Positions 20,197-30,044 of a stretch of 52,082 nt of DNA are shown one piece after another. The notes beneath the pieces were generated by a model. The model saw nothing but the letters and a program-made list of their open reading frames with translations. It searched no databases and had not been told where the DNA came from. The first letter of the stretch is position 1. Each line of letters starts with the position of its first letter. The stretch is from contig JBGFRI010000032.1 in the NCBI GenBank assembly GCA_041695225.1, forward strand, positions 1 to 52,082. The letters are read 5' to 3'. The DNA comes from Deinococcota bacterium (GTDB taxonomy: Bacteria; Deinococcota; Deinococci; Deinococcales; Thermaceae). The translations under genes and the position numbers were made by a program.

Positions 20197-21420
20197 CTAA
20201 GCCGGCTGTTTTCCGTAACGCTCACGGACATACTCCTCGACCATGGCCATAAACTCTTCGCCGATCTGGTCGCCCTTAAGGGTGGTGGCCAGCTGCCCGT
20301 CTATGTAGACCGGAGCGCGGGGGGCCTCGCCGGTACCTGGCAGCGAGATCCCGATATGGGCGTGCTTGGACTCGCCAGGGCCGTTGACCACGCACCCCAT
20401 AACCGCAACCTTAAGGTTTTCTACCCCGGGGTACTGGGCCTTCCACTCTGGCATCTGGTCATTAAGGCGAGTGGATACCTGCAGGGCCAGTTCCTGGAAA
20501 AAGGTGCTGGTAGTGCGTCCACAGCCAGGGCAGCTGGCAACGCTGGGTTTGAACTGCCGCACCCCAATAGACTGCAGAATTTCCCGGGCCACCTCCACCT
20601 CGCGGGTGCGGGGTTCGCCGGGGGCTGGGGTGATTGAGACCCGAATAGTGTCGCCAATCCCCTCGGCCAGCAGGGGGACCAGACCGGCCGTACTGGTAAC
20701 AATACCGCTCACACCCATGCCGGCCTCGGTCAGGCCCAGGTGTAGGGGCGCCGAGGTCTGCCTGGCTAGCTCGCGGTTGACCCACCACAGGTCGGGCGCA
20801 TTGGAAACCTTGGCCGAAAGGACAATTTTGTCTTCAGTCAGGCCATACCTGAGGGCCCAGTCGTAGCTGCGTAAAGCCGACTCCACTATGGTCTTTAGCG
20901 TGACCTGGTGGGCGTCTTCAGGTTCAGGCAAGGCCGCATTGGCGTCCATCATCTCATCCAGTAACAGCGCATCCAGCGAGCCCCAGTTGACCCCAATGCG
21001 TACCGGCTTGCCAAACTCCACTGCTACCTCGCACATGGTTTTGAAGTTGGGGTCCTGCTGTCTGCCCTTGCCCACCGTGCCGGGGTTGATGCGGTACTTA
21101 TCCAGGGCCAGGGCCATCTGGGGGTATTTGCGCAGCAGGATGTGCCCGTTGAAATGGAAGTCGCCCACCAGCGGTACCTCGCAACCCAGGTCGGCCAGCC
21201 TGCGCCTGATCTCCGGCACGGATTTGGCGGCCTCATCGTTGTTAACTGTCATACGCACAATCTCCGAGCCGGCGCGGGCCAGCGCCCAGACCTGTCCCAC
21301 CGTGGCCTCGATATCGGCAGTATCGGTATTGGTCATGGACTGCACCACAATGGGATGGTCGCCCCCCTTGGGCACTTTGCCCACCCGGACCGTTGGGGTT
21401 TTACGGCGGTTAGTAACCAT
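20197..21420 (-). CDS. ispG: HMBPP synthase
   Basis: [30 protein letters not shown] and [10 protein letters not shown] motifs. Confidence 0.97.
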   Translation of the reverse strand: MVTNRRKTPTVRVGKVPKGGDHPIVVQSMTNTDTADIEATVGQVWALARAGSEIVRMTVNNDEAAKSVPEIRRRLADLGCEVPLVGDFHFNGHILLRKYPQMALALDKYRINPGTVGKGRQQDPNFKTMCEVAVEFGKPVRIGVNWGSLDALLLDEMMDANAALPEPEDAHQVTLKTIVESALRSYDWALRYGLTEDKIVLSAKVSNAPDLWWVNRELARQTSAPLHLGLTEAGMGVSGIVTSTAGLVPLLAEGIGDTIRVSITPAPGEPRTREVEVAREILQSIGVRQFKPSVASCPGCGRTTSTFFQELALQVSTRLNDQMPEWKAQYPGVENLKVAVMGCVVNGPGESKHAHIGISLPGTGEAPRAPVYIDGQLATTLKGDQIGEEFMAMVEEYVRERYGKQPA

Positions 21421-21510
21421 GTTTCCAAGTCTAATACCCTCTGGTCAGGTGAAAAGTAGACCAGGGTAGGGGTTGTGGGCTAGGGCTTACCCTCAGCAGA
21501 CACCCCAGTC

Positions 21511-21680
21511 CTTCTATGAAGCGTCTCAGGTCTCAGGTCTCAGGTCTTTTTGGCTTGCGACCTGCGTCATTCAATGAGTCGATAGTCAATAGTCCATAGC
21601 CGATAGCCCATAGCTAATAGCTGATAGCCGGTAGCTTTTGACCTTCGACCTGCGACCTGCGACATCTTTTATGAAGCGTC
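21511..21680. repeat. Composite heptamer array bounded by 15-bp direct repeats
   Basis: CTTCTATGAAGCGTC, (GTCTCAG)x3, eight GYYnATA-like units, TTTTGAC CTTCGAC CTGCGAC CTGCGAC, CTTTTATGAAGCGTC. Confidence 0.92.
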
Positions 21681-21810
21681 AGCCCCCGCTTCATGCTGCG
21701 GGGTCCTTCGGGACGGATGGGCAACTCTTGAGCGGCGGGAGTTGCTTTGAACCGGCTGGTTTTGGGGTTTTCATTATCAAGCGATAGCTTGGTTGCCACC
21801 GCTTGACGTA

Positions 21811-21838
21811 GCTATCCGCTATTGGCTATAAGCTATCT
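21811..21838. repeat. Heptamer array, inverted relative to 21578-21633
   Basis: GCTATCC GCTATTG GCTATAA GCTATCT. Confidence 0.8.
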
Positions 21839-21864
21839 GCGATGTCTGTAAGAAGCCCTGCATT

Positions 21865-22845
21865 TTAGAGCAGCTCGAGCTGGGGCCAGCCCAAAAGTAA
21901 GTCTTGCTCGGTGAGGGCCTCGCCGCTGGCCTCGGGCGTCCAGGCGACATAAGCCGCCAGGGTGTTGACCGGGGTAGAAGATGCCAAAACCATCAGGGCT
22001 TGAATGGCCCCTGCCTCGCGCAAGGGAGAGGGTACGTGGGGCAGCATTCCGCTTACAGCCAGCAGAAGCGTTACAACCAGGTAGCGGCCGTCAGGCTCGG
22101 CCCGGGGCCGATATCCATCATGCACCACCTCCTTGCCTTCAAAATGCCGATAGGTCTCGACAAACTCCGAACGGGTCTCGGTCATCCAGGCATCGAATCG
22201 TCCCTCGGCTTTCTGCAGGCTGCCAGTCCAGACCTCATACATACCAAAGCGCCACCCAGCCTTTTCGCGCAGTAACAATACGGCGGAATTGTCTAATAGA
22301 TCGGCCAGGCCCCGCACACTCTGGGTATCGGCGGTCCGGGCTACCCGGCGCAGGCCGGCCTGCAACTCGGGGCTGAATATGGTTGCTAGCCGAAGCCGGA
22401 CCACAGTGCATTCGGGCTCGCCACTGGTACCGGTTCCGGCCCGCTGCAACCCCCGGATCATCGAGAAGCTAACCAGAATAATGCCACCGATAAAGATGAT
22501 GGCAATCAGGTCGAGGCTAAAGCCCCCACCTGGGGTTATCAGGACAGGGGGGCGAGCAAGGGGGTGGCTGGGTAAACCGGGCGGGAACTGGTTACGGGGA
22601 TAACGCTGGGGCCTCGGCAGAGGGAAAGAGGGTGATGGAGAGGGATTAAACCTGGGCATCGAGGGTGCGGCACGTGGTATAGCAAAGCCGCCCCGGCCAC
22701 CAACCCCGCCTCCGCCGCGTTGGGCCAGGGCCGAACTCCAGCCGGGCAGATCTGCGCCCACCCAGGCGTTCTCGGTGGGTATGGGAACAAGCGCCCAGAG
22801 CAGCAACAGTAGCCAGACCACAGCCGCTTGCATCCATATCAGCAT
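21865..22845 (-). CDS. DUF1517-like membrane protein
   Basis: GGGGVGGRGG and Pro-rich N-terminus, TM helix, ADT..GL, RSEF..ET, YLVVTLLLA and WTP...E.LT..DLL..WP.L. Confidence 0.85.
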   Translation of the reverse strand: MLIWMQAAVVWLLLLLWALVPIPTENAWVGADLPGWSSALAQRGGGGVGGRGGFAIPRAAPSMPRFNPSPSPSFPLPRPQRYPRNQFPPGLPSHPLARPPVLITPGGGFSLDLIAIIFIGGIILVSFSMIRGLQRAGTGTSGEPECTVVRLRLATIFSPELQAGLRRVARTADTQSVRGLADLLDNSAVLLLREKAGWRFGMYEVWTGSLQKAEGRFDAWMTETRSEFVETYRHFEGKEVVHDGYRPRAEPDGRYLVVTLLLAVSGMLPHVPSPLREAGAIQALMVLASSTPVNTLAAYVAWTPEASGEALTEQDLLLGWPQLELL

Positions 22846-22856
22846 ACGGCTCGAAT

Positions 22857-22942
22857 GCCAATAGCCAATAGCTAATGGCTGATAGCTAAACCCAATAGCC
22901 TTTGCTACCGTCTATTCGCTATTAGCTATAAGCTATGAGCTA
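22857..22942. repeat. Palindromic heptamer array
   Basis: GCCAATA GCCAATA GCTAATG GCTGATA, then inverted arm TCTATTC GCTATTA GCTATAA GCTATGA. Confidence 0.92.
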
Positions 22943-23015
22943 GTTGTTTACCCAGGCAGAACCGGTTCAAGCTATTGTGGTAGAGGTTCTTATTGTTACG
23001 GCTATATTCACTAAA

Positions 23016-23036
23016 CTTGATACAGGTAGACTCAGG
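23016..23036. promoter_or_regulatory. HAIR-like (HspR) operator upstream of lon
   Basis: CTTGATA-N7-ACTCAGG versus consensus CTTGAGT-N7-ACTCAAG (11/14). Confidence 0.45.
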
Positions 23037-23165
23037 TTGAGTTCTGCTGCTATACGAGTGAGCAGGGCATCTCTGGGCGAGGCGCTAGGTTGTAAACTTG
23101 CGATATGGATAGGACAATACCATGGTCAAAGATGAAAGGGCCTACTCCATAGATGGGGAGTCCCG

Positions 23166-25619
23166 ATGAACGACAAAGCTGATAAGTCCAGTACATATCT
23201 TCCAGAAACGCTCCCTGTATGCCCGGTGCGGGGCTCGGTTATCTACCCCGGCATGGTGATGCCGATTGATGCGGGCAGACCGGTTTCAATTCGCGCGATT
23301 GATGCGGCCCTGGCGCGGGAGCGGGTCATCCTGATTGTGAGCCAGCGCGACCGGGAGGTCGAAGAACCTGGCGCCGCCGATCTGTTCGAAGTAGGCACTG
23401 CCTGTAATGTGCTGCGGATGCGGAAAAACGCCGATGGCTCGGTACAGATGCTGGTACAGGCTTTTGCCAGGGTTCGGGTTGGGCAGTACCGCAAAGCCGA
23501 CGGATTTCTGGAAGCCAGCGTGGTGCGGCTGCCCGAAGTGGAGGGAAAATCCACCGAGGTTAGGGCGCTGTTCCGCGAGGTCAAGGAGCGCTTTGAGCGC
23601 CTGCTCAAGGAGGGCAAGTACCTCTCGCCCGAGGTGGCCCAGTTTGTGATGAATATAGAGGATGCCTCGCAACTAGCCGATTACATTGCGTATCACCTCG
23701 AGTTCAAACTGGCAGATAAACAGCAAATTCTGGCCACACCTTCGGTAGTAGACCGCCTTAAGCGCATTGCAGTACTGCTCGACGCCGAGCTGGACTTAAT
23801 GGAGACCCAGCGCCGCATCCAGCAACAGGTCAAAGATGAAATAGACAAAAACCAGCGAGAGTTTTACCTGCGCGAACAGATTAAGGCTATCCAGCGCGAG
23901 CTGCACGGCGAAGAAGGCGAGGTGGAAGTGGAGGAGTTGCGCGAAAAGGTCGCGGCTCTTAAGCTACCCCACAACGTACTGCCCGAAGTAGAGCGGGAGC
24001 TCTCGAGGTTTGCCCGGATGCACCCTGACTCTGCCGAGGCAAGCGTGGTGCGTACCTACCTGGACTGGATTACCAACCTGCCCTGGAACATTCGCACCGA
24101 AGACCAGATTGACCTCAAGGAAGCCCAGCGAATTCTGGAGGAAGACCACTACGGCCTGGAAAAAGTCAAGGACCGGGTGCTGGAATATCTGGCGGTTCGC
24201 AAACTGAAACAAGAACGACAAAAAAGGGGCGAGATCTCGCTTGAGGAGGTCTCCAAAGGCCCTATTCTGCTGTTTGTAGGGCCTCCGGGGGTGGGCAAGA
24301 CCTCAATTGCCAGGTCCATCGCCAAAAGCCTGGGCCGCAAATACCACCGTATCTCGCTGGGCGGGGCACGGGATGAGTCCGATATTCGCGGCCATCGCCG
24401 CACCTATATTGGGGCCATGCCGGGCCGGATTATTCAGGGCATCCGGCAGGCCGGCAGCAAGAACCCGGTCATGCTCCTGGATGAAGTAGACAAGCTCGGG
24501 GCTTCTTTCCAGGGAGACCCCGCGGCGGCCTTGCTGGAACTCCTGGACCCAGCACAAAACAAGGAGTTCACCGACCACTACCTGGGGGTGCCGTTTGATA
24601 TGAGCGAGGTGCTCTTCATCTGCACCGCCAATTTCTCGGTAAACATTCCGGGGCCGCTCTACGACCGTATGGAGATGATCGAGTTTACCAGCTACATCGA
24701 GCAAGAAAAGCTCGAGATTGCCAAGCGATACCTGCTGCCCCGCCAGCTTGGTGAAAATGGCCTCAAGCAAAACCAGGTAGTGATTACCGAGGCCGCACTG
24801 ATGCGCATGATCAGCCACTATACCCGCGAGGCCGGGGTACGGAACTTAGAGCGAGAGATCGGGGCCCTGTTGCGCAAGTCGGCCAGGGCCATTCTGGAGA
24901 GTGGCAAGAAGCGGGTCCGAATTACCGAGAGTGATCTGGAAAAATACCTGGGCCCTGCGCGTTTTCAGCCCGAGTCCGAGGCCAGAGTCCCGCAGGTGGG
25001 GGTGGCAACCGGGATGTTCTACACCCCTGTGGGCGGCGACATCATGTTTGTGGAGGTCTCGGTAATGCCGGGCAAAAGCAACCTGATCCTGACCGGACAG
25101 CTGGGAGAGGTAATGAAAGAGTCGGCGCGCGCCGCACTTTCCTATGCCAAAAAGAGTGCCCATCGCTTTGGCATTGCCCTGGAGAAATTCGATAACTCCG
25201 ATGTGCACGTCCATGTCCCGGCCGGTGCAGTACCCAAGGAAGGCCCCTCGGCGGGCATTGCCATTACTTCGGCGCTGGTCTCGGCCCTGGCCGAAGTACC
25301 GGTGCGCAACGATGTGGCCATGACAGGGGAGATTACCCTGACCGGGCGGGTGTTGCCCGTTGGCGGCGTTAAGGAGAAGGTGCTGGGGGCGCGTCGAGCT
25401 GGCATCCACGAAGTGATTCTGCCCAAGCAAAATCAACCTGACCTGAGGGATATTCCGGCTTATCTGCGCCAGAACCTTAAGTTTCGCTTTACCGATACGC
25501 TGGACGAGGTGTTGGACTGGACCTTGGTGGGGGGGCTGGCTGCCCTCGAGCGCAAAACCCCTGTCTCCAAGCCGCAAAGGCCCCGCCGAAGCAAACTCCA
25601 GCCGGCGGCTCGAGCCTAG
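23166..25619 (+). CDS. lon: ATP-dependent Lon protease
   Basis: [36 protein letters not shown] and GGVKEK motifs. Confidence 0.98.
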   Translation: MNDKADKSSTYLPETLPVCPVRGSVIYPGMVMPIDAGRPVSIRAIDAALARERVILIVSQRDREVEEPGAADLFEVGTACNVLRMRKNADGSVQMLVQAFARVRVGQYRKADGFLEASVVRLPEVEGKSTEVRALFREVKERFERLLKEGKYLSPEVAQFVMNIEDASQLADYIAYHLEFKLADKQQILATPSVVDRLKRIAVLLDAELDLMETQRRIQQQVKDEIDKNQREFYLREQIKAIQRELHGEEGEVEVEELREKVAALKLPHNVLPEVERELSRFARMHPDSAEASVVRTYLDWITNLPWNIRTEDQIDLKEAQRILEEDHYGLEKVKDRVLEYLAVRKLKQERQKRGEISLEEVSKGPILLFVGPPGVGKTSIARSIAKSLGRKYHRISLGGARDESDIRGHRRTYIGAMPGRIIQGIRQAGSKNPVMLLDEVDKLGASFQGDPAAALLELLDPAQNKEFTDHYLGVPFDMSEVLFICTANFSVNIPGPLYDRMEMIEFTSYIEQEKLEIAKRYLLPRQLGENGLKQNQVVITEAALMRMISHYTREAGVRNLEREIGALLRKSARAILESGKKRVRITESDLEKYLGPARFQPESEARVPQVGVATGMFYTPVGGDIMFVEVSVMPGKSNLILTGQLGEVMKESARAALSYAKKSAHRFGIALEKFDNSDVHVHVPAGAVPKEGPSAGIAITSALVSALAEVPVRNDVAMTGEITLTGRVLPVGGVKEKVLGARRAGIHEVILPKQNQPDLRDIPAYLRQNLKFRFTDTLDEVLDWTLVGGLAALERKTPVSKPQRPRRSKLQPAARA

Positions 25620-25634
25620 AACCTGTGTACCACA

Positions 25635-25800
25635 GCTAATAGCCCATAGCCTAAAGCCCATAGCTAAAAGCCGAAAGCTAAAAGCCTTAGGCCTTCAGCC
25701 TTCGGCCTTTATTTGACCTTTGACCATCGACCTTGACCCTCAACTCTCGACTCTCGACCTTCGACCCTCGACCTTCGACCTTTATTTGACCTTCGACCCT
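25635..25800. repeat. Longest heptamer array (over 20 units), between convergent lon and mscL
   Basis: GCTAATA GCCCATA GCCTAAA GCCCATA GCTAAAA GCCGAAA..., GCCTTCA GCCTTCG, then TCGACYY-type units; internal perfect 15-bp direct repeat. Confidence 0.95.
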
Positions 25801-25830
25801 AGGCATTGGCCAGCTGTTCGGCTGGCAGCA

Positions 25831-26199
25831 CTATTTCTTCAGCGCGTCGCGGATCTCGCGCAGCAAGAGTATGTCTTCGGGCGGGGCTGCGGGGGCAGCC
25901 GGGGCCTGGTTCTTTTTGGCCAGTTCCTGCAGCCTGTTCATCGGCGTGACCACAAAGAAGTACAGGGCAAAGGCCACCATCACAAAACCCACTAAAGCAT
26001 TCAGGAAATTGCCGATGTTCAGGGCGCCCAGCCGGATCGCCGAAAAATCGGGCGCACCGAAAATCATCCCGATGAAAGGGTTGAGAATATCGGCCACCAG
26101 CGAGTTGACTATGGTCCCAAAGGCCGTACCAATAATCACGCCCACAGCCAGGTCGAGTGCGTTTCCGCGCATGATGAATTTTTTGAATCCTTCCAACAT
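25831..26199 (-). CDS. mscL: Large-conductance mechanosensitive channel
   Basis: FKKFIMRGNALDLAVGVIIG and LLREIRD motifs. Confidence 0.97.
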   Translation of the reverse strand: MLEGFKKFIMRGNALDLAVGVIIGTAFGTIVNSLVADILNPFIGMIFGAPDFSAIRLGALNIGNFLNALVGFVMVAFALYFFVVTPMNRLQELAKKNQAPAAPAAPPEDILLLREIRDALKK

Positions 26200-26307
26200 A
26201 CTGGCCTCCCGGTCCTTACAGGCGCTCTGGGTACTGGCCGTCCCTTCGCTTCCAGCAACGCCTTCCTACCGCAACTGGTCCACACACCTATCCAACGACC
26301 TTTCGCC

Positions 26308-26336
26308 AATCTAAGCTCGAGGGAAATTGGCGTCAA
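26308..26336 (-). promoter_or_regulatory. Probable mscL sigma70 promoter
   Basis: Minus strand TTGACG-N17-TAGATT, overlapped by the inverted repeat CGCCAAT-N15-ATTGGCG. Confidence 0.55.
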
Positions 26337-26469
26337 GACATACTTCCTTATGCGCAGGTTTTTTTACGGCCTGCTTTTGGAAGCAACTCTGAGAAGATGC
26401 GCAAACCAACTTCCCGGAGGAGTTTTCGGCAGTGGATACCTCCGTGATATTTTCAGAAACCGTCCAACT

Positions 26470-27582
26470 TTATGTGCCGCCCACCTCGAGGGTTTTACCC
26501 CGCGCGGCCAAACGATACACCTGTTCGTACTGGTCTGTAATGTGCTCGGGGTTAAAGTGGGCTCGAGCATACTGGCGGGCCTTTTCGCGCATTTGCGAGA
26601 GATCCGGTGAGGTCAAGAGTTCGACTACTACATTGGCAAAGGTTTCCAGGTCGCCAAAATCAACCAGCCTACCCACCTCCGGGGTCAGCCACTCAGGAAT
26701 ACCTCCCACCCTGGTTGCAACTACCGGAACCCCACAGGCCAGTGCCTCGAGTCCAGACTGTCCAAAGCCCTCGTACTCCGAGGCCAGCAAAAATGCATCG
26801 GCTGAGCCGATAATTTCCTCGGGGTTTTTGGCAGTGGCCAGCGAGGTCACACTGCCGTCCACGCCCAGGCTGTGGGCGATGCTCAAGGCCTCGGCCCGTT
26901 CGGGGCCGGTGCCCACCAGGACCAGCCGGGCCTTAATTTTCTGCCGAATTCTCGCGAACACATGCACGATATCACCCACCCGCTTGACCGACCGGAAGTT
27001 TGAGGCGTGTACCAGCAAAAACTCGTCTTCGCCAGCCCAGAAGCGCCTGGCTTTAGGATTGGGCCTGAATCGCCCGGCGTCTACCGCGTTATAAATCACC
27101 CGGGGGCTCACCCCAAACGAGCGCTGGGCCTGCTGGGCCAGATTTTGCGATACCGCGGTTACAGCAGCGGCTTTTCTGAGGGCCCTGCTGGTGAGGGCCT
27201 GGTAGGCCGGGTCAATGCCCAGCAGGGTCACATCGGTGCCATGCAGGGTGTGTACCAGGGGAATGCTGCCTTCGCTGGCCAGCTCGGCGGCCACCGCGTG
27301 GGGGATGGCGTAGTGGGTGTGGATCAGTTCCAGGTCTTCTTCGCGGATGGCCCGCTCGAGCGCTCCCGCCAGGGCCAGAGTGTAGAGTGGAGCAGGAAAA
27401 ACCGGATAATTAGGCACCTCCACCGCAACAAACCTCACCGGGCTACCCAGAGGCAGACGCATGGGAAGCTCGGTGGCAAACAGAAAAACCTGGTGTCCCC
27501 TCCGAGCCAGCCGGTCAGCCAGCTCAGAGGCCACAATGCCACTCCCACCCAGGCCGGGATAGCAGACCATTCCGATTCGCAT
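26470..27582 (-). CDS. bshA: N-acetylglucosaminyl-malate synthase (bacillithiol pathway)
   Basis: CYPGLGGSGIVA, HYAIPHA, TLHGTDVT and SNFRSVKR motifs. Confidence 0.93.
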   Translation of the reverse strand: MRIGMVCYPGLGGSGIVASELADRLARRGHQVFLFATELPMRLPLGSPVRFVAVEVPNYPVFPAPLYTLALAGALERAIREEDLELIHTHYAIPHAVAAELASEGSIPLVHTLHGTDVTLLGIDPAYQALTSRALRKAAAVTAVSQNLAQQAQRSFGVSPRVIYNAVDAGRFRPNPKARRFWAGEDEFLLVHASNFRSVKRVGDIVHVFARIRQKIKARLVLVGTGPERAEALSIAHSLGVDGSVTSLATAKNPEEIIGSADAFLLASEYEGFGQSGLEALACGVPVVATRVGGIPEWLTPEVGRLVDFGDLETFANVVVELLTSPDLSQMREKARQYARAHFNPEHITDQYEQVYRLAARGKTLEVGGT

Positions 27583-27727
27583 GGCCCTAGCCTATGCACA
27601 GGTGTGACGGCGCATTGGTGCTGGGTTCACGGTTTGGTTGAGACCGGTTAACACCTAACACGCTTCCCCCTGAGGACCTGGCCCCTGGTCCAAGGGTATT
27701 TTCTTGATGCGCCGTGTCCCGCAGCCC

Positions 27728-27756
27728 TTGACTCTTGACCCTCAACTCTCGACAAT
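27728..27756 (+). promoter_or_regulatory. Heptamer array that reads as the promoter of leaderless hisC
   Basis: CTTGACT CTTGACC CTCAACT CTCGACA AT gives TTGACT-N17-GACAAT, 6 nt before GTG 27763; no RBS. Confidence 0.55.
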
Positions 27757-27762
27757 CGTGTA

Positions 27763-28821
27763 GTGAAGGCTTTCAAACCCCATTTACAGGGGCTGCCCGC
27801 CTACCCCTACAAAAAGGTAGATGCGCCCATCAAGCTCGACCAAAACGAGAGCCCCTACGATCTACCCACCGAACTAAAACACCGGGTATTAAAGCGTCTG
27901 CAGTACCTGGATTTTAACCGTTATCCCTCGTTGTATGCCGAGGAAGTGCGGGAGAGGCTGGCCGCCTGGCTGGGCTGGCCTGCCGAGGGCCTGGTAGTTT
28001 CACCCGGGTCTAACCTGCTGATTCAAGCCCTGGTACAGGCCGCCGGACGGGTGCTGGATACTGCGCCTTCATTTCCGCACTATGCTTTCTCTGCCAGAAT
28101 TTCGGCCACACCATATCAGGCCATGGCCCTCGAGGCTGGGTTTGGCCTGCCCACCCAGGCCCTGTTGAAGGCCTTGAATGCCGATCCGGGTGTACTGTTT
28201 TTACCTAACCCCCACGCTCCAACGGCTCAACTTTTTGCCAAAGCAGATATCCTCTGCCTGGCCGAGAAAGCAGCTCAGGCGGGCTGGCTCCTGGTAATTG
28301 ACGAAGCCTACCACCAGTTTTCTGGAACCGATTACTCGACACTGGCCCGAACCAACCCTCATGTGGCCATTCTGCGTACCTTCTCCAAGGCCTGGGGTCT
28401 GGGCGGTATCCGGGCGGGCTATCTGCTGGCTTCATCAGAGGTCTGTAGCGTTGTCCAGAAGGTGCTACCGCCTTTTGGTCTGCCGGGCCACACCGCACAA
28501 ATTCTGCTTACGGTCCTGGAATCTCCCGAGTATGTGCAAGGCATTGTGCAGACCACGCTGGCAGAGCGGCAGAAGCTATTTCTGGTCCTGCAAAAACACC
28601 CTAGCTGGAAGGTCTATCCCAGCCAGACCAACTTTTTTCTGATCCGCACGCCGGATGCAGCAGCAGCCTACAACCTGCTCTTGCAACAAGGTATCCTGGT
28701 GCGGCGACAAGACCACTACCTGGGCTTGGAAGGCTGTATCCGGGCCTCGGTAGGCACGCCGCAGGAAAACCAGCGCTTCGTGGATGCTGCTTTTGCGCTG
28801 GCCGAGGTGTCCAATGCGTAG
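27763..28821 (+). CDS. hisC: Histidinol-phosphate aminotransferase
   Basis: KLDQNESP, NRYP, IDEAY and RTFSKAWGLGGIRAGY motifs. Confidence 0.95.
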   Translation: MKAFKPHLQGLPAYPYKKVDAPIKLDQNESPYDLPTELKHRVLKRLQYLDFNRYPSLYAEEVRERLAAWLGWPAEGLVVSPGSNLLIQALVQAAGRVLDTAPSFPHYAFSARISATPYQAMALEAGFGLPTQALLKALNADPGVLFLPNPHAPTAQLFAKADILCLAEKAAQAGWLLVIDEAYHQFSGTDYSTLARTNPHVAILRTFSKAWGLGGIRAGYLLASSEVCSVVQKVLPPFGLPGHTAQILLTVLESPEYVQGIVQTTLAERQKLFLVLQKHPSWKVYPSQTNFFLIRTPDAAAAYNLLLQQGILVRRQDHYLGLEGCIRASVGTPQENQRFVDAAFALAEVSNA

Positions 28822-29398
28822 CGCCATCATCGAGCGCAATACTGCCGAAACTCAAATTGAGCTGAGCCTGAACCTGGATGCCGCGCCGGGCGGAACAATC
28901 GCAACAGGTCTGGGCTTTCTGGACCACATGCTCCTGGTAGTACAGCGCCACGGACGCTTTGGGCTGAGCATCACGGCCAAGGGTGACCTGGCGGTTGACG
29001 TTCATCACCTGGTTGAGGATGTAGGGATTGTGCTGGGTATGGCCCTAAAGCAGGCCCTGGGAGATGGCACGGGCATTGAGCGCTACGGCGAGGCCAGCGT
29101 GCCCATGGACGAGACCCTGGTCAGTGTGGTGCTGGATCTGTCTGGGCGCAGCCACCTGGCCTTTGCCCCAGAAGAACTAGCCATCGAAGGTAGCGCTGGC
29201 GGCGTGAATGCGTACCACCTGCGCGAGTTTTTACGGGGGCTGTGCAATCATTCCGGGCTCACCCTGCATGTGCGCCTGCTGGCAGGCCGTGAAGCCCACC
29301 ACGTAATTGAAGCCACCTTCAAGGCCCTGGCCAGGGCCTTGTACCAGGCCACCCGCGTCAACCGCAACGACCTGCCCAGCACCAAGGAGGTTTTGTAG
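28814..29398 (+). CDS. hisB: Imidazoleglycerol-phosphate dehydratase
   Basis: RNTAET, FLDHML, HHLVED, PMDE and HHVIEA motifs; ATG at 28814. Confidence 0.97.
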   Translation: MRSAIIERNTAETQIELSLNLDAAPGGTIATGLGFLDHMLLVVQRHGRFGLSITAKGDLAVDVHHLVEDVGIVLGMALKQALGDGTGIERYGEASVPMDETLVSVVLDLSGRSHLAFAPEELAIEGSAGGVNAYHLREFLRGLCNHSGLTLHVRLLAGREAHHVIEATFKALARALYQATRVNRNDLPSTKEVL

Positions 29399-29430
29399 GG
29401 GTAAGTGGCCACGGGCCTCTGTCAAATACC

Positions 29431-30033
29431 ATGAAAACCCTTCTGATAGATTATGGCTCGGGCAACCTGCACAGCGCAGCCAAGGCCCTACAAGCCACAG
29501 GTTACAGGGTCACAGTCTCGGCGGACCCCAACCAGGTAAACAAGCACGACTTGCTGGTATTGCCGGGGCAGGGCCATTTTGGGCAGGTGATGCACTCATT
29601 TCAGGCTTCGGGTTTCGAGGAGGGTGTGCGGCAGCACATCGCCTCTGGCAGGCCTTTTTTGGGCATTTGTGTCGGGATGCAGATACTGTTCGAAGGCTCC
29701 GAGGAAGCGCCAGGCATGACTGGACTGGGGCTTGCGGCTGGCAGACTGGCCAGATTCACCGCGCCTCGAGTACCGCAGATGGGCTGGAATACCGTTGAAT
29801 TTACGGCCATTTTCCAGAACCTGTCGGGGCGTTATTTCTACTTTGTGCACTCGTATTATGCCCCGCTGGTGGAAGGCAGTATCGGAATTTCCGAGTATGG
29901 TGAAACCCACTTTACCGCCGTATATGCCAGAGACAATCTGGTAGCCCCACAGTTCCACCCGGAAAAAAGCGGTCTGGTAGGGCTGGCTTTACTCGAGTCT
30001 ATCCGGGCCTACTTTGCCGGGGCTCGGTCCTGA
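29431..30033 (+). CDS. hisH: IGP synthase glutaminase subunit
   Basis: DYGSGNL, GICVGMQ, YFVHSY and QFHPEKS motifs. Confidence 0.97.
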   Translation: MKTLLIDYGSGNLHSAAKALQATGYRVTVSADPNQVNKHDLLVLPGQGHFGQVMHSFQASGFEEGVRQHIASGRPFLGICVGMQILFEGSEEAPGMTGLGLAAGRLARFTAPRVPQMGWNTVEFTAIFQNLSGRYFYFVHSYYAPLVEGSIGISEYGETHFTAVYARDNLVAPQFHPEKSGLVGLALLESIRAYFAGARS

Positions 30034-30044
30034 TCAGGGGTAGC

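Noticed and set aside
21511..25800. Repeat arrays as CRISPR
   Set aside because: Units are 7-bp tandem and degenerate, with no unique spacers and no cas genes
25720..25995. ORF beginning MTIDLDPQLSTLDLRPSTFDL
   Set aside because: It is the translation of the heptamer array running antisense into mscL, with no start signals
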